A DNA stretch of 64,000 nt from the human T2T-CHM13v2.0 reference genome, Homo sapiens (GCF_009914755.1 NC_060935.1), one strand, 5' to 3'; shown: positions 30,701 to 46,500, numbered from the stretch's first letter. A program made the numbers and translations. Notes: generated by a model from the letters alone, not told the origin.

Positions 30701-31729
30701 ATTACTCTTATTATCTCTTTGTCAAAGATGTCGAAACTAAACTCTGGAGAAAGGGTCACTTGCTCAAGTTTCATGCAGTTAGGTGAGAAGCCATAATACC
30801 AAACCAGGATTGCCTGGCTCAGAGTTTGAGCTGTTGGTTATTATGGACATTTAATTTAATTAAGTCCCCTTCAGCCACAGACCAGAATTCTACTTGCCTT
30901 CACTTAGAGGAAGAAGTCTGTACCTTGTAGAGGTGGGGGAATAGCTTATTCTTCTCTTCTTCCAGTGTTTAGGCCAGCCAGAGATTGCAAGCAATCCTTT
31001 CTTGAACCAAAAGCCAAAGCTGAACTCAAAGACAGGAATTCTTTAGATGTTATAGGTCACACAACTTTTGATGTAATTCTGTTTCCTATGTCTATATTAT
31101 ACTCCTCTTTCTAACAGAGTACAAAATATCACAGGTTTTAATGCTAAAAAGTTACTTTCACATATAGATGCTGATTTTTAATAATCTTTGTTGGTGTTAG
31201 TCCTCACGTAACCCTATAGATCTCACTAGAAATGAAAGAGATTCTAAAAATGGATGTGGGTAAACTGGTAGCAGTCTTTTAAAGGATGCATACAGTGCCA
31301 GTAAATTGATCACGGATTAAGGAATGGACAAAGCCTGAGTTGATTCAAAATTTTCCAATTAGGGTTTCACAATAACTGATGATATTGCCAAATGATGTTT
31401 TTCGACATTTTGAATGAATCAGAATACCCATGCCAAGTTTCATCATCAAATCTGCAGGACGTTTTTGTTTGTTAGTGTTTTAGTAGAGTGGAGGATGGAA
31501 GCACTTAGAGCTTTGCTGAGAAGGAAAAGGGGAGATATATGACTGTGTATTACTGCAAGTATATTTATTCATGCATTAGTTCACTCATTTATTCAGAAAA
31601 TAATGAAGTGGAAAGAAATGTGATTGAGAAGGAGATAAAATGTTGGCTTAATTTTTGTGTTTAACATTTTATTTTAAAATTCTGAAACAAGTATGGCAAA
31701 ATATCAAGATTTGTTTAAGGCTTATTGTA

Positions 31730-32008
31730 GGGCTGGACGTGGTGGCTCACATCTGTAATCCCAACATTTTGGGAGGCAGAGGAAGGAGCATCACTTTAAC
31801 TCAGGAGTTTCAGATCAGCCTGGACAACATAGTGAGACCTCACCTCTACTTATAATTCAAAAAACAAAAAAAATTAGCCAAAATTGGTGGTGCACACCTG
31901 TAGTCCTAGCTACTTGGGGTCACTGAGGTGAGCGAATTGCTTTAGCCTGGGGTGTTGAGGCTGTAGTATCATGCCACTGCAGTCCAGCCTGAGTGACAAA
32001 GCGAGGCA
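31730..32008 (+). mobile_element. AluJ with tail converted to (CT)n(AT)n
   Basis: ggctggacgtggtggctcac...gcatcactttaactcaggagttt...gagtgacaaagcgagg. Confidence 0.88.
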
Positions 32009-32040
<32 letters not shown>

Positions 32041-32057
32041 TCCTTACACATGGTTTG

Positions 32058-32061
32058 TTTT

Positions 32062-32132
<71 letters not shown>

Positions 32133-32169
32133 CTCTTTCTTTCTTTCTTTCTTTCTTTCTTTTTTTTTT
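32058..32169. repeat. (CTTT)n STR from an Alu tail
   Basis: About 100 nt of pure pyrimidine tetranucleotide with one ctct interruption. Confidence 0.97.
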
Positions 32170-32449
32170 GAGACAGAGTCTTGCTTTGTCGCCCAGGCTG
32201 GACTGCAGTGGCGTAATCTCGGCTCACTGCAAGCTCCACCTCCTGAGTTCATGCCATTCTCCTGCCTCAGTCTCCTGAGTAGCTGGGACTACAGGCGTCC
32301 ACTACCACGCCAGGCTAATTTTTGTATTTTTAGTAGAGACAGGGTTTCACTGTGTTAGCCAGGATTGTCTCGATCTCCTGACCTTGTGATCCACCCACCT
32401 CAGCCTCCCAAAGTGCTGGGATTACAGGCGTGAGCCATGGCACCCAGCC
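32160..32449 (-). mobile_element. AluY
   Basis: gcaagctccacctcc, tgtgttagccaggattgtctcgatctcc diagnostics. Confidence 0.92.
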
Positions 32450-33198
32450 AAGGGTGTTTTAAAGCCAAGTATCTTGAGTTTAATATATAACATTTGTTTG
32501 GGAATAAAGAAAGGAAAAGAAATTCTGCTTCCATACTTAAAAGTACTAAAACCACTTCATTTTGGTTTCATTTTTTAAAATGCATCATAACTGTTTTGTG
32601 CCCATAAATCTTAATGTGTCAGCACCATGAGGGTTTCAAGCCTTTAGTTATATGACATGTTGTTTTATTATGTTCTCTGCTTGGTCAGGGGTGGAGGTGG
32701 TATACTCTAGAACTGGAAATTTAAAAGCCACATCAAATTGGAAGACACAGATCTCTTAGAATTGCCTCTTTTTAAACAAATAGAAAAACTTATTGCTTGA
32801 AATGTTACCTAGCATACTTACCACAAAGAGCTGCAAGCCTCAAGCATGACATATAATGTATCTTAGGATTTTACATTGACTCATGATGAGCTCTAAAACA
32901 TGGAAAAGGCAAGTCAATCTTCTAAATCTCATCACCCTTATATGTAAGTTGGGAAAAACAAAAATAATAGTACTTATCTCAAAGGTTGTTATAAAAAGAG
33001 GTACCTACCATGACACCAATAAAGGTTAATGTTTGATGTTTCATTTGTGCAGATTTTCTCCAAAGTCAGTACCTAATTTTGTATTTGTAATGTTGTGTTT
33101 CTTTTTCTTCAAAAGGGCCTTCCTAATTAACTAGCTTCAAGTCTCGTATATCTGGATCTTCTACTTACAGAAAGATAGTAACTAGAAATTTGGAAGAC

Positions 33199-33273
33199 AC
33201 ATGCACACACACACACACACACACACCCATACACACACACACACCCAAAGAGAGAGAGAGAGAGGAGAGAGAG
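33199..33273. repeat. (CA)n-(GA)n compound microsatellite
   Basis: Direct reading. Confidence 0.9.
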
Positions 33274-33377
33274 GATTTAGAGAATTGGCTTAGATGATTA
33301 TGGAGGCTGGAAAATTTGAAATTTGTAGGGTAAGCCAGCAGGCTGTAAACTCAGGCAAGAATTGACGCTGCAGTCTT

Positions 33378-33867
33378 TATTTTTATTATATATATTTAAG
33401 GCATAAAACACAATGTTTTTATAAACACATACATAAAAAAATTGTTCAGTCAAGTAAATTAACATATCCATCTCCTTACGTAGCTACATTTCCTATGTGT
33501 AGAGGGATGTATTTGTGTAGTCAGAGCACCTGAAATCTAATCTCTTGGCAAATTTCCAATATACTATACAACAATAACTATAGTCATCATGCTGTATATT
33601 AGGCCTCTGGATTCATTTATCCTACATAACTGCAACTGTGTGCCCTTTGACCTATGTTGTCCCATTTCCCCTCTCCAACCCCTGGTTAACCAGAGTTCTA
33701 CTCTCTGATTCTAGATATTCAACACTTTTAAAGATTGTACACATATGTGAACTCATACAATATTTTTCTTTGCCTGGCTTATTTCACTTAGCATAATGTC
33801 CTCCTCCAGGATCTCCAGCATTTTTGCAAATGGCAGGATCTCCCTTCTAAAGGCTGAATAATATTTG

Positions 33868-33912
<45 letters not shown>

Positions 33913-35040
33913 AATCATTTTATCTGTCTATCTCATAATTTCTTTATCCAGTCACCCATCAATAGATACATATTTCCTTGTCTTGGCTATTGTGAATAAT
34001 ACTGTAATGAACATGGAAATGCAGATATCTCTAAGAAGTGTTTATTTCATTTTCTTATGGTATATACCCAGAAGAAGCACTGCTGGGTTATACGGTTGCT
34101 CTATTTTTAATTTTTTTGAGGAAACTCAATTGTGTTTTTCATAATGGATGTGTCAACTTAGAGTCCCACCAACAGCGTAAAGAGTTCCCTTTTTACCATT
34201 CCCTCTCCAACACTTGTTATCTCTCTCTCTCTCTCTCTGTGTGTCTCTCTCTCCCTCTCTCTCTCCCTCTCGATAAGGGCCATTGTAAAAAACGTAAGGT
34301 GATATTTTACTACAGTTTTGATTTTCATTTCTCTGATTAGTGATACTGAGTACCTTTTCATCTCATGGAATCAAAAAAGACTCTGAATAGCCAAAGCAAT
34401 TCTTGAGAAAAAAGGACAAAGGTGGAGGCACCACACTTCCTAATTTAAAATTTTGTTATAAAGCTATAGTAATCAAAACAATATAATACTGATATAAAAA
34501 CAGATATGTAGACCATTGTGACAGAATAGAGAGCCCAGAAATAAACCCGAGTAGGTACAATTAACTAATCTTAGGCCAAAACACCAAGAATAACAATGAG
34601 GATAGGATTCTTCAATAAATGGTGTTGGGAGAACTGGATATCCACAGGCAAAAGAGCAAAATTGGATCTTTTTCTTACACCATACACAAAATTGACTTAA
34701 AATGAATTGAAGACATAAATGTTAAGACCTTCAACTATAAAACTCCTATGAGAAAACACAGGGGAAAATCTCCTTCACATTGACCTCAGCAATGATATTT
34801 TTGATATCACACCAACAAAAGCAAAAATAAAGTGGAACTTCATCAAGCTAAAAAGGTTCTGTACAGCAAATGAAAATACAGCCTGTAGATGTGTAGAAAA
34901 TATTTACAAATCCTATACCTAAATAAGTGGTTAATATCCAAAATATATAAGGAACTCACACAACACAATAGCAAAAATAAATAAATAAACAATCCATCCT
35001 TTTTTCAAAGAAGACTTAAAGATGACCAACAGGTATGTGA
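33378..35040 (-). mobile_element. L1MA-like element with 5' inversion (3' part minus 33378-~34362; inverted part plus ~34363-35040)
   Basis: The two arms are contiguous in L1 coordinates (…caacaggtat / atgaaaagg…); TSD gacgctgcagtctt 33364-33377 / gatgttgcagtctt 35041-35054. Confidence 0.87.
33868..33912. repeat. (CTAT)~11 tetranucleotide STR
   Basis: Direct reading. Confidence 0.95.
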
Positions 35041-38000
35041 GATGTTGCAGTCTTGAGTGTGAAATCTATAGATCAGGTTGGCAGGCCGGGAACTCAGGTA
35101 GGACCTCCATATTACAGTCTTGGGGCAGAATTTCTTTTTTCCCAATAAACTTCAGCTTTTGCTCTTAAAGGCATTCAACTGAGTGGATGAGACATATTCA
35201 CATAATTGATAATTTCATTTATTTAAAGTCAACTGATTGTACATATTTAATCACATCTACAAAATACCTTCACAACAACATCCAGACTAATTCTTGACTA
35301 ATCAACTGAGAACCAGAGCTTTGGTCAGTTGACATGAAACTAGACACCACACTAAGTGCTCAGCAAAGCAAAGCTGAGTACTACGCGAAGACCTAACTAA
35401 TTGTTCTACTTTTCTTTGCCTTGTTGTAGCCCCAGTTTCCAGAAAGGTCACCTGTAATTAGAAAGGTTCTTGAAAATAAGCTTTTAATAAAATGAGTGTG
35501 TTAAGATACATGAGAGTGAATTATTTAATAAATAAAATATAATTATATAATTACTAGTAAACAACTGATACATGGATCTCACACAATGGCTAATACAGTT
35601 AAGTCTAATGAGATGGGCCTGATGGCACATCAGCCAAGGACAAGTGGAGTCTAGTGTGTTTCTTGTATTTTTGTCCTGGTCCACAAGTTGTGGTCTTAAC
35701 ACAGGGTTATGAAGTAAAGTTTGATGTCTGAAGAATGAGAGATTAATACTATAATTGCTGTATAAATATTTTTCTTACTCAGGGCAGAAATAAGATATTC
35801 AACATTATACCTTGTTAATTAATATTCCTTGATTGTTATTAAAATGAAGGATGGATTTATCTTAAAGATCATAACAAATATATTCATTCTAATCTAGACT
35901 GTCTATAACATAAGGCCAACATTTAGTCACCTATCCTTATTTTTATCTTTCTTGCTGTTTTCCATGTTCAAAGAAGTCAGTGCCATTTCTACCTTTCTCT
36001 CACTCTTGCCTATCTCTTAATTCAAAAGGTGTTCATCCTTCATGAGAAATTTACAGTGTGGGAGGTGGCAGGAAGAATGATGTTCTAATATACAATAAAC
36101 ATTTCTTTGTTATGCATGGGCAACCTACAGGCTTGCCTGCAGAGGGATAAGGCAATATGTATTAAAACAAACCCACTTTCTTATCCTTCCATGATCCTAC
36201 TGCAATGTCTATGCTAACACCAGGAGTCACATCATTCTGTTTTCCTGTGATTTTAATAAATCAAGCTTCTCCAGAGGTCGAAGAGGAAAGTGGTATTTAT
36301 TTGCATCTCAGTTCAATCTCTATTCAGTAGCTTGCTTCAAAATGGTTCTTTCTGGGAACACATGTATTCCTATCAAAATGTCAATTACATTTGTTCCTTC
36401 AACACTATCAGACAAGACTTCTTGCACCCCTCTTTGAGTGCTTTGTATATCTGACTTGTAATTTACACAGATAAGACACTGGCTTAACCTAAGGTCTCTG
36501 GAGTGTGAAGTCTTACTAGTGACTGAGACTAAGGCAAACTCTCCACACACATCTGGGCTAAGTCTCCCCTCCCAATGTACATTCCACTATTTGAATGGGA
36601 CATGATTAAGTCATACAAATAGAAAATGGAGAAACTATGATAGCAACAAAATGTGTCTTTTCTGACATTTGTGGCATAGTGCAAAGAACATCAGATTCAC
36701 CAAACATTCATACATTCCTTTTGAATTGGAATATTCTTTAAAGATAATCCAGTCTAACTGCTCATTTAATAAATGAAATAATATGTGTTTGCGTCATTGC
36801 ATGCTGCTCAAACATTAGATGTTTATTGGTTACCCTCTATGCGTTTGAATGTTCTAGGCAGCGAGAACCCAGATTATGAAGCTAATGGAGCATTTATTTG
36901 TGGCAACAGATGTTAAGCCAAAAATCACGACTTTCGCTTGCATAATCAGAAGTTATATTAAGTACTATGAAGCAAAAATGTGGAGGAATTTGTGAGTGTA
37001 TGTTAGGGGAGACTCATTTTTTGGTGGTGACAGGAAGCAGAAAAGACCTCCCCATGGAGTGACTCAGGATAAGATTGGAAGGATTATTATGGGTTATTAA
37101 AAAGGAATTTCCCTGTGCCTCAATTTCCTCATCTGTAATTTGAGGGAATTGGACAAAATTCCCCTCTAGCTCTAAAATTGAATCATTCACCAAATTTAGA
37201 GATAGGGGATTTAAGTTTGACTTGAAAACAGATGTGGCCATTATTCAGGAAGTGGCTGGTTTTTACATTCACGTGGATTGTTTAATATACAATTCAGTAA
37301 GAAAAGATACTTAAAATTGGTATTTGGGCACCCAATCTTTTTTCAATATGTTCAGTTCAAATCCTCTACCTTGGACTGAGCTCTCATGGGATTTTCATGA
37401 TATCTTTTAATCAAAATCTTAAGCATAAACTATATAATGGCTCCAGATTTCTCTTTTGATATACACAGTGGGACTAAGGGAGTTATTTCCTTTTCCATAT
37501 ACAATCATCTTGGTAATAGAAAATATGTTTCAAATTAGGCATCAATTCCATGAATGAGTATAGTGTGAATGCTCTATGTCAACATTTAAAAGACTATTAA
37601 GAATGAGAATTGTATTTATTATGTATTGTGCTAAACTCTATGTTCATTCTCTTCGGAAATATTAGTATCTCAATTCCTACCTGAGTAAAACTATCTAATT
37701 TTAACTTGTTGCTCATGTTAAGGAAAAAATGATAGTATTTGTTTTAGAGGCTCAACATGGGATGTGAGCACCATGATTCTGAAACTATGCTTGTGTGGAT
37801 ATTGTGATCTTTTTAAACCAGGCTGCAGCATTCTGCTTCCAAAAGTGAGAAATGATTTTTGAGTGCAGTAATGGCTCACTCTTGAAATTTATTCCATATA
37901 TATTTCTTGATAGTTGATACTTTCTATGGCATCTCTTAAAAAACAAAAAGGAAAGAAATGATTGAGGAACAAGCGTGTGGGAAAACTGAGAAATGGAAAT

Positions 38001-41000
38001 TCATGCTTGCTTTGACTGCTTGACTCCCCAAACCCTCAACACCCTGGCACCCATGGTTGTGATTTTATGGCAGACATATAACAGTCATAATTTCTGCTAA
38101 AATGTGTCTAGTTTATATGACATAATTCAATATATAAATATTTTATGGCATTATACACACACAAAAGCACTAAAAGTTTCATCAAGACTTTCTGGTATTC
38201 CCCCAAATAAAATGGAAAAAAAAAATCAGCCTATAGAAGCCTTTAAAATTTCATTATAATTATCCACAAATGAAAATCTAGATAACTGCTTTTTCAAGAA
38301 ATCGCTTTATTCTCACAATAAATTTTACAGAGGATTTTTAAGACACTAAAGGTAACTGTCATGCTTGTGCACAAACACAAATATTCAAAGTCAGGGTTAG
38401 AATTCTGTAAATGCTGAGAGCACAGCTTTTCCCCATGCAAAGTTCACTGTTAATTGCTTGTTATTCAAAATTGGTTAAGAGTCACTGTGTTTCTATTGCA
38501 TATTTGTGATGGCAAAGAGGAATAACACTTAACAAAGCTTTGCCTGTCTAATTCTTCTACCCTCTCACTCTCCCTGGAGTAAGTTAAACAATGATTCAGG
38601 CAAAGGGAAAGTCCAGTGGAATCTGGAATAGAATTCCCAGTAAAGGCAATATGGAAAGCCAAAAGTTAAGGAGGAACTAAAACCAAAACCTTTCCTGATC
38701 ACTGAAGTCTTAAGTGCCAGGGACAGAATGAAAGGTGTTAAAATATGAGGCGGGAAAATGTGGTTTCAAGTCAGGATATCAAACCCCGAGTTGGGACTTG
38801 GAAAATAAAGACAGAACAAGTAAATTGGAAATACGTAGACAAGAGATCCTTGGTGTAGTCTCCAAATATGAGTTTTTGCCTTGAACAACCTTAATACTGG
38901 TGACATACTTAAGTTCAGTTTAACAGGATGACAGTATCAGAAGATACAGATACTCAGAAAATTACTGAAACTCTACAGGCTCTCCCAAAATAAACTTTTT
39001 TTTCTAGGTTTATGAATATCAACTTTTGGAATAATTGACATGATGCCACTATATAAGTTTCCTGGAATTTGACACCCTGCTAAGACCTTTTTATTAAATG
39101 ATGCTGAAACATCCTTACTGATGACAACCAATGAGGACCTATGATGTTTTCAACCATCATACTACCCAAAATTATTTTATTAAGGAGAAATGAAGTTATG
39201 TTTTGTAAGATTTTTATGTTTCTTATGATATTATAACATTTATATTATACATAATATTTTAGACAGGTTATTTGTTTAACCAAAACATCCTATCATAAAC
39301 CAAACTGAGTTTATTAGACTTTGGGGAAAAAAGTTTTCATTTTCCAAATCACTGAATGATTAATTACTCAATTTATTAACAGATATTTATTAGGTGCTTT
39401 AATATGTCCCAGGCACCAACCAGATAGAAGCTGAAGTTTAAAGACAAATAGATGCAGCTTGTAGGCTTAAGTAATTTGCCTTTTAGTGGCAGACAAAGGC
39501 AAGCCGCTAATACAATACAGACTAAAATATTCCATGCTGGAGGTGGGCACAGAATATGTTAAAAGTCTGTAAAAGAGTAGACAGTATTAGGGTCACCCAC
39601 TGTGAGAGTCTAGTTAAAAGAAGGTTAAACTGAACACATTTTTCTTGAAACGATTAAACAAAACTGGGGGCGTCTGATGGGTATTTTGAGCAGAGAAAAA
39701 AGTATATACAAACTCAATGCAAATAACTCATGGTGTACGGAATATATAGGGTGCAGGTAAGTAGAGATGAAGCTAAGAGGTAAGCTAGGGACAAAATATT
39801 CTCATATTCCCAGAAAATGTGTATTTTTTGGTATGTGTATATGTGTCAAAAAGTAAAAAACGTTTATCACCCTGTTGGTTTAATTGAAAAATTAATATTT
39901 CATTAGTAGGGATTTATATATGTCATTATCTAGTTCTTCTTGCCCTCAGTTATGAATGAAAATTTTATTTTAGAACCTTGAAAGAGCAAGCATAATGGGA
40001 GGCATTAAGAGAAAAAATGACCTTTGGAATCAGAGGGATACCAGTTTGAGTTTCATCTCCTTTACCTTGGCTCTGTAAACTTGAGAAAACCACTAAATAT
40101 TCTAAGTAGAAGTATATAGGTTTTGTGAGTTGTAAAAAAATAAAACATAGAAAGCTTTTACCTCGGGGTTTGCAATGTGTTTTATTATTAGTTATGCATT
40201 TTCACATGTGTATCCTTTATCTTCAAACCCTACACTTTTTATAGAAATAATAGAGTAGATACTAAATGATTTGCAGCGGGGGAATAATGCAGTTGGCACT
40301 AGATTTATGACTTAAGATTAATTTGGATTTGGGACTAGTGACCAAAAAATGTACCTTTCCTTTTGGACTACCACAACATACTTCCACACCACTCTCTCCA
40401 ACATCCCCACCATTCAATGTCCTCATGCTAGTCTAAATGTCTAAAGTCACCTCCCATGAGGTGCCTCCTTGTTGCCTGATCTCTTGGAATGACATTATAT
40501 TTGCTAAATTTGTTCAACATACATCAAAACTAGTGCCCTGATACTTTTTCCTGGTAAACCCACTGTTAAAAAGACATGAGATATGAAATCCTTTACAGCT
40601 CAGATATTTGCATTTTGACAGGAGTCGAATATCAATTAGATCTTATTATGTTTTAAACAATGGAAACCAACTCTAGCTGATTTTGTGTGTGTGAGACAGA
40701 GAACTTTATTGAGATATAACTCCTGTACCAAATAATTCATCTGTTTAAAGTGTGCAATTTTGCATTTTTTTGTACCTTCACAGAGGTGCAAACATAACCA
40801 TGATCAATTTTAGAATGTGGTTAACTTTTTTAAAAGGGGGAATATGTTGGAAGGATTCAGGAATGTCAAGAAAGGACCGAAAGCCCAAAGAACCAGGCTT
40901 GAAACCAGGCAAGATCCAAGGTGCCTCCGTAAAGTGAAGAGATGGCCTCAAAGCTGGAAGAGTCTGACTGGGCAACACTGGTGCAATGACAGTTTTAAAT

Positions 41001-41080
41001 GGCTTCTTATGGTTTTTATTTCTTGCCTAAGATTCAGTGATCTGGGAGAAGCTGTCTCATTGGCTTTTATAACCACCCGA

Positions 41081-41172
41081 CTATACCGAAGCTTCAGGTC
41101 ACCCACTGTGAGACATTTGAGATAATGTCTTTATTATCTCATGACTATAATGGCTATACTGAAGCTTCAGGT
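41081..41172. other. 54-nt patchwork templated insertion between 19-bp direct repeats
   Basis: ctatacYgaagcttcaggt at 41081-41099 and 41154-41172; insert segments match 39591-39607 and 42233-42257 exactly. Confidence 0.88.
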
Positions 41173-42274
41173 GTGTAAAGTGGGCAATCAGTTTTACTGT
41201 GCCATGTAGACTACACACAACATAGGAGAAAGTTGTTCCGCAAAAGGTGATTAGGGTACTATCAGGGCAAGAGATTAGGTACTGAGAGACCCAAATGACA
41301 GGTATCTATTACCAAGATTATTGGATATTAATGAAAGGCAAAAAAACCCCATAAAGTAATGGTACAATTTGAGAGTAAAAGGGGTATTGTTTCTTGGGGC
41401 TCAGGGGTTAGACACACCTCTTTGTACTTGGAACGTGAATTTCTTGGATTCTAAGTGAAATCAAGTCTTCCATGAGGATCTAATTCTCCATAGAATCACA
41501 ACGGGCATCATAGATTTTGGCCAATGTGAAATTTTCTTCTTTTTACTTTGATTCTGAGCCTTGTTGAAATGATTACCTCTGAGACAAAATCCCAGGAAAA
41601 CTGCAGCACAATTTGTAACTCTTTGTCACCATTAGAAGAGCAGAAAGTAGGCAGCAATCCAAAAGACTCCTTCTTGTCATCAGACATTTTTGACCATCTT
41701 TCATGGTTATTGCAAAATAGACACCCAACTGGGTGGAAGTTGGCATTAAGTACTTCTACGGTCCCTTCAACTCTGAGACTCTGTGATTTCTTAACCTTTT
41801 TAGTGAATTATTATGTGTGCAGGGAAACTCCACAAGGAGTCACTAGATATCTATGAGAACTTTGCAAAACTTCAAAAAATAACTTTTTAAATGTGCAAAT
41901 AGCACTACAACACAAAATAAAATTTTCAACAATGGTCAAATGAAACTTTAAATCCCATATTTAAATTTCTATAATTAAAGTGCAGGAAATATGTTTGGAT
42001 GAAAATCTTTTTTGTTTTCTTCCAAATCAGTAGACATGAGTCTCCTAGGATTTTGACACTTTCTTTCAAAGCATTTGTTTTGACATCTGTGAAGATATAC
42101 TAGATTCCCTTATAAACGTGATCACAAATAAACCTAAACACTCAAAGCAAAGTTTAAACCAGTCCCTCAAAATGAAACAACAGGATGTTTATTTTCATCT
42201 TATATAATTATTTATTCCCAGGTTTATTCAAAAGACATTTGAGATAATGTCTTTATTTTAATAAAAATACAGAC

Positions 42275-43540
<1,266 letters not shown>

Positions 43541-46500
43541 GATACAGACTTTAATAGGAAAATGATGCAAATAGTAAGAATGATGCAAGCAGAAACATGC
43601 TTTTATGTTGAATATTCATTAAGTATTGCTTTTAATGCATAAATATCAGTTGTTTTCTACTGTTTCAGTCTGTCCTACTATTGCCCTGGCTAAAATGAGC
43701 AAAAGTAATTGTTTACTATTTAAGAACATTGACATGAATATGCCATGAATTTCAAGACTGTCTTGATGAAACTTGTGAGACAGGGGAAGTGTCAACTGTC
43801 CTAGGTAGACATCTCTGGTTCTTTGTGTTGGTTGCAGAGTACAGTGCCCCATTAAACAGGTGTGTTTTCTTGGCCAAGCCCTAAGCCCGATATCAGATTT
43901 ACTCATCCTCTGTCCCACCGTTTTGGGGCCCTGACAAATTGTCAAAAATAATGCCTGATAATATCTTAATAGTTCTTCTTAACACTCTCTCTCCCCTCCC
44001 GAAGGATATGTCCACATTTAACTAGAGCCCACCAAGGAAAAGCCTGTTCTTTAGGAGCTGGCACTGCGCTGTTCTTCTGGATACCTGTCCAGTGTTTGTT
44101 TGCATAACACCAACTCCAATGGTGTTACAGTGGCTGTTATGGTGGGACATTAAAGATGATAGTTTTCGGCAAGCAGAACTCTATGGTGCTGTTCGTAATC
44201 ATTCATACATGCATAAGTGATTAAGTACCTCCTATGTGTCAGACACTGTGCTGGGCACTGGAGGTATAAAAATTAATAGAAATTTGAAACTTGTCTTTGA
44301 AGACACATGGTGGAGGCAGGAGGTAAATCATGCTTTACAGCAAAGTGATAAGAACCACGACAGAGGCACATATGGGAGCACTGAGGAAGACTCTCCAGAG
44401 GAGATATATTACATCTGTGTTTTGAAAGAAGAATGAGAGTTTGGCTAAGTGGAAAGAACTTCTACACAGAAGAAGCCTACGCAGAAGGGTTGAAGCAGAA
44501 AATCACTGAAGTTAAAAATTAATTTGGGAATCTACATACTACCTCGGTGGAGATATAACAGTTAAGATCAAGAGCCAGGCTTCCTGGGTTCACATCCTAA
44601 TACTTATTAATTGTAAATGATAGGAACTGTGGATGATGAGATTGTTTGATTTGTCCGTCCCTCAGTGTCTCCATATGTAAAATGGGAGGAATATTAGTAG
44701 AGTAATATCTACCCCATAGATTTGTTTGGCTAACCATAAAAATGTTCAGCCCATAGGAAGATTCCTTTTGTGTTCACTGTGATAGTCTCACTGTGGCTGA
44801 GCACAGAAGGTGGGAAAGGCAGGGTTGAGACATGAAGAGGTTAGCAGGAACCAGGAAATAAAGGGCCTGCTGGGCTGGGCTGCAAAGCTTGGCCATCCAC
44901 CCTGAGGGGATAGCCTTTGTGGATTTTCCATTATAGAGTCATGTGGGCAACTGCTTCTCCAATTATAAATGAGGGGTTCATGGAAAATCAGATCTGAATC
45001 CAGAGCACACGTGCACTCTGAGGATACTAGAATGTGCTTACTAGGTGCCTGGACAATCCTTAGCTTGATTTAATCTTTTCAATGTTGTAAACAGATGTCT
45101 TCAGGAAAATTGTGTTATATGTGCTCCAAAACTTAGGTTGGAAAGAAACACAAGGCGCAAACGCTTTAGTCCAGATGAATGGATATGTGAAGTGGGTAAA
45201 GTGACTCAGGCAATCTATCATCCTCTAATTACTAAGCTTATAAAATGTATGCTTTGGAAATGTTTTGAAGTGTCTGCAAAATGCATTCCAGAAAAGTCAT
45301 CAGAGTGTGTAGTACCATTTCCTGGGTACTAATAAAATACACTCTCTCTCATTAATGCCCTATTAATAATCACTTCAGCCATCAATACCTTATTATTAAT
45401 TGACTTATTAGAGAAGGCAAAAGAAAAAATACAACTGGCAACCCTCAATTTTGGAGCTTAAATTTCAAGTAATGTATGTAACACATTAAATCTTGTGTGC
45501 ATTACAAAATATTTTATAAAAATTGGGTCATGAAGTACATTCTATTTTTAACATGCCTTTCTTTTCACTTAACACTGCACAGTGAGCACTTTTCCACATG
45601 ACTGCATATTCTCCTATATGTTCAATTTTAATGGCTGCATATAGTTTTATCATCCAGCTGTAACACAGATTTTTTTTTAAATTCTTCGACATTTATGTGG
45701 ATTCTAAAATTTTACTGTTATAAAATAGTATAAAAACTAAATTCGCGTAGCTAAATTTTTGCCCGGGTCTATGATTTTTTTTTCTTTCAGAATAATTCAA
45801 AGTGAGCATTTCTCAAGTCTTAAAAGGCCCTGATTTAATTGCAGCTGTTGGTCAGGCCTGGGTGCTCCCTGAGCCCTCCTCAGAGATGAGGTGCCTTGAG
45901 TGTGATACTGCAGGGCTTCTTACAGGCTACTTGACAACAGCCAGGTTCACTCTTACCCACAATGGGAAGAGAGTGGTTTCCCTGAAGGATCACGCAGTTC
46001 TGTGTAAATGATATGGCAAGCTACTCCCTGCCGTTCCAGGGCTGGGGTGCAGGGACCTCAGAGAAGGCGGTTTTGAAGGATTCCACTTTGAGCACAATCT
46101 GGCTCTGCAGCCAGGCCTCTCAGCACTCATGAATTTCCATTTTAAAACAACAACTGCTCTTTGAATTGAAATTCTATAGCCAGAGAATAAGAACAAAATG
46201 AAAGCCTTTATCCTTAATGAAGGTTTATGACAATAAGGTGATTTTGAGTATTTCTTAATATTATTATGTGTTCAATGGAAAATCATTTTGTTTTCTTTGG
46301 TAGAACATAAATAATTAAAAATAATTTTTCCCAAACCAAATGCAAATACTTAGATATCTGAGGGGAAAGAAACAAAAACAATAACAAATGATCCAAGTGA
46401 TCCAGAGCTCTTCCATTTTAATCTTCACACTTTCCTTTGAGGAAAATACTTTTATGTATAATCTATAAGTAAAGATTCATTTATATGTTTATAAACCACA

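Larger units (their letters stand above)
33274..35351 (-). mobile_element. MLT2 (D/B-like) ERVL LTR split by an L1
   Basis: gaattggcttagatgattatggaggctgg...; after the L1: aagtcaactgattg...aatcacatctacaaaataccttcacaacaacatccagactaa...gtcagttgacatgaaactagacaccaca. Confidence 0.75.

Noticed and set aside
36320-36550. 76-aa minus-strand ORF in unique DNA as a possible exon or pseudogene
   Set aside because: No recognisable homology or convincing splice sites by eye
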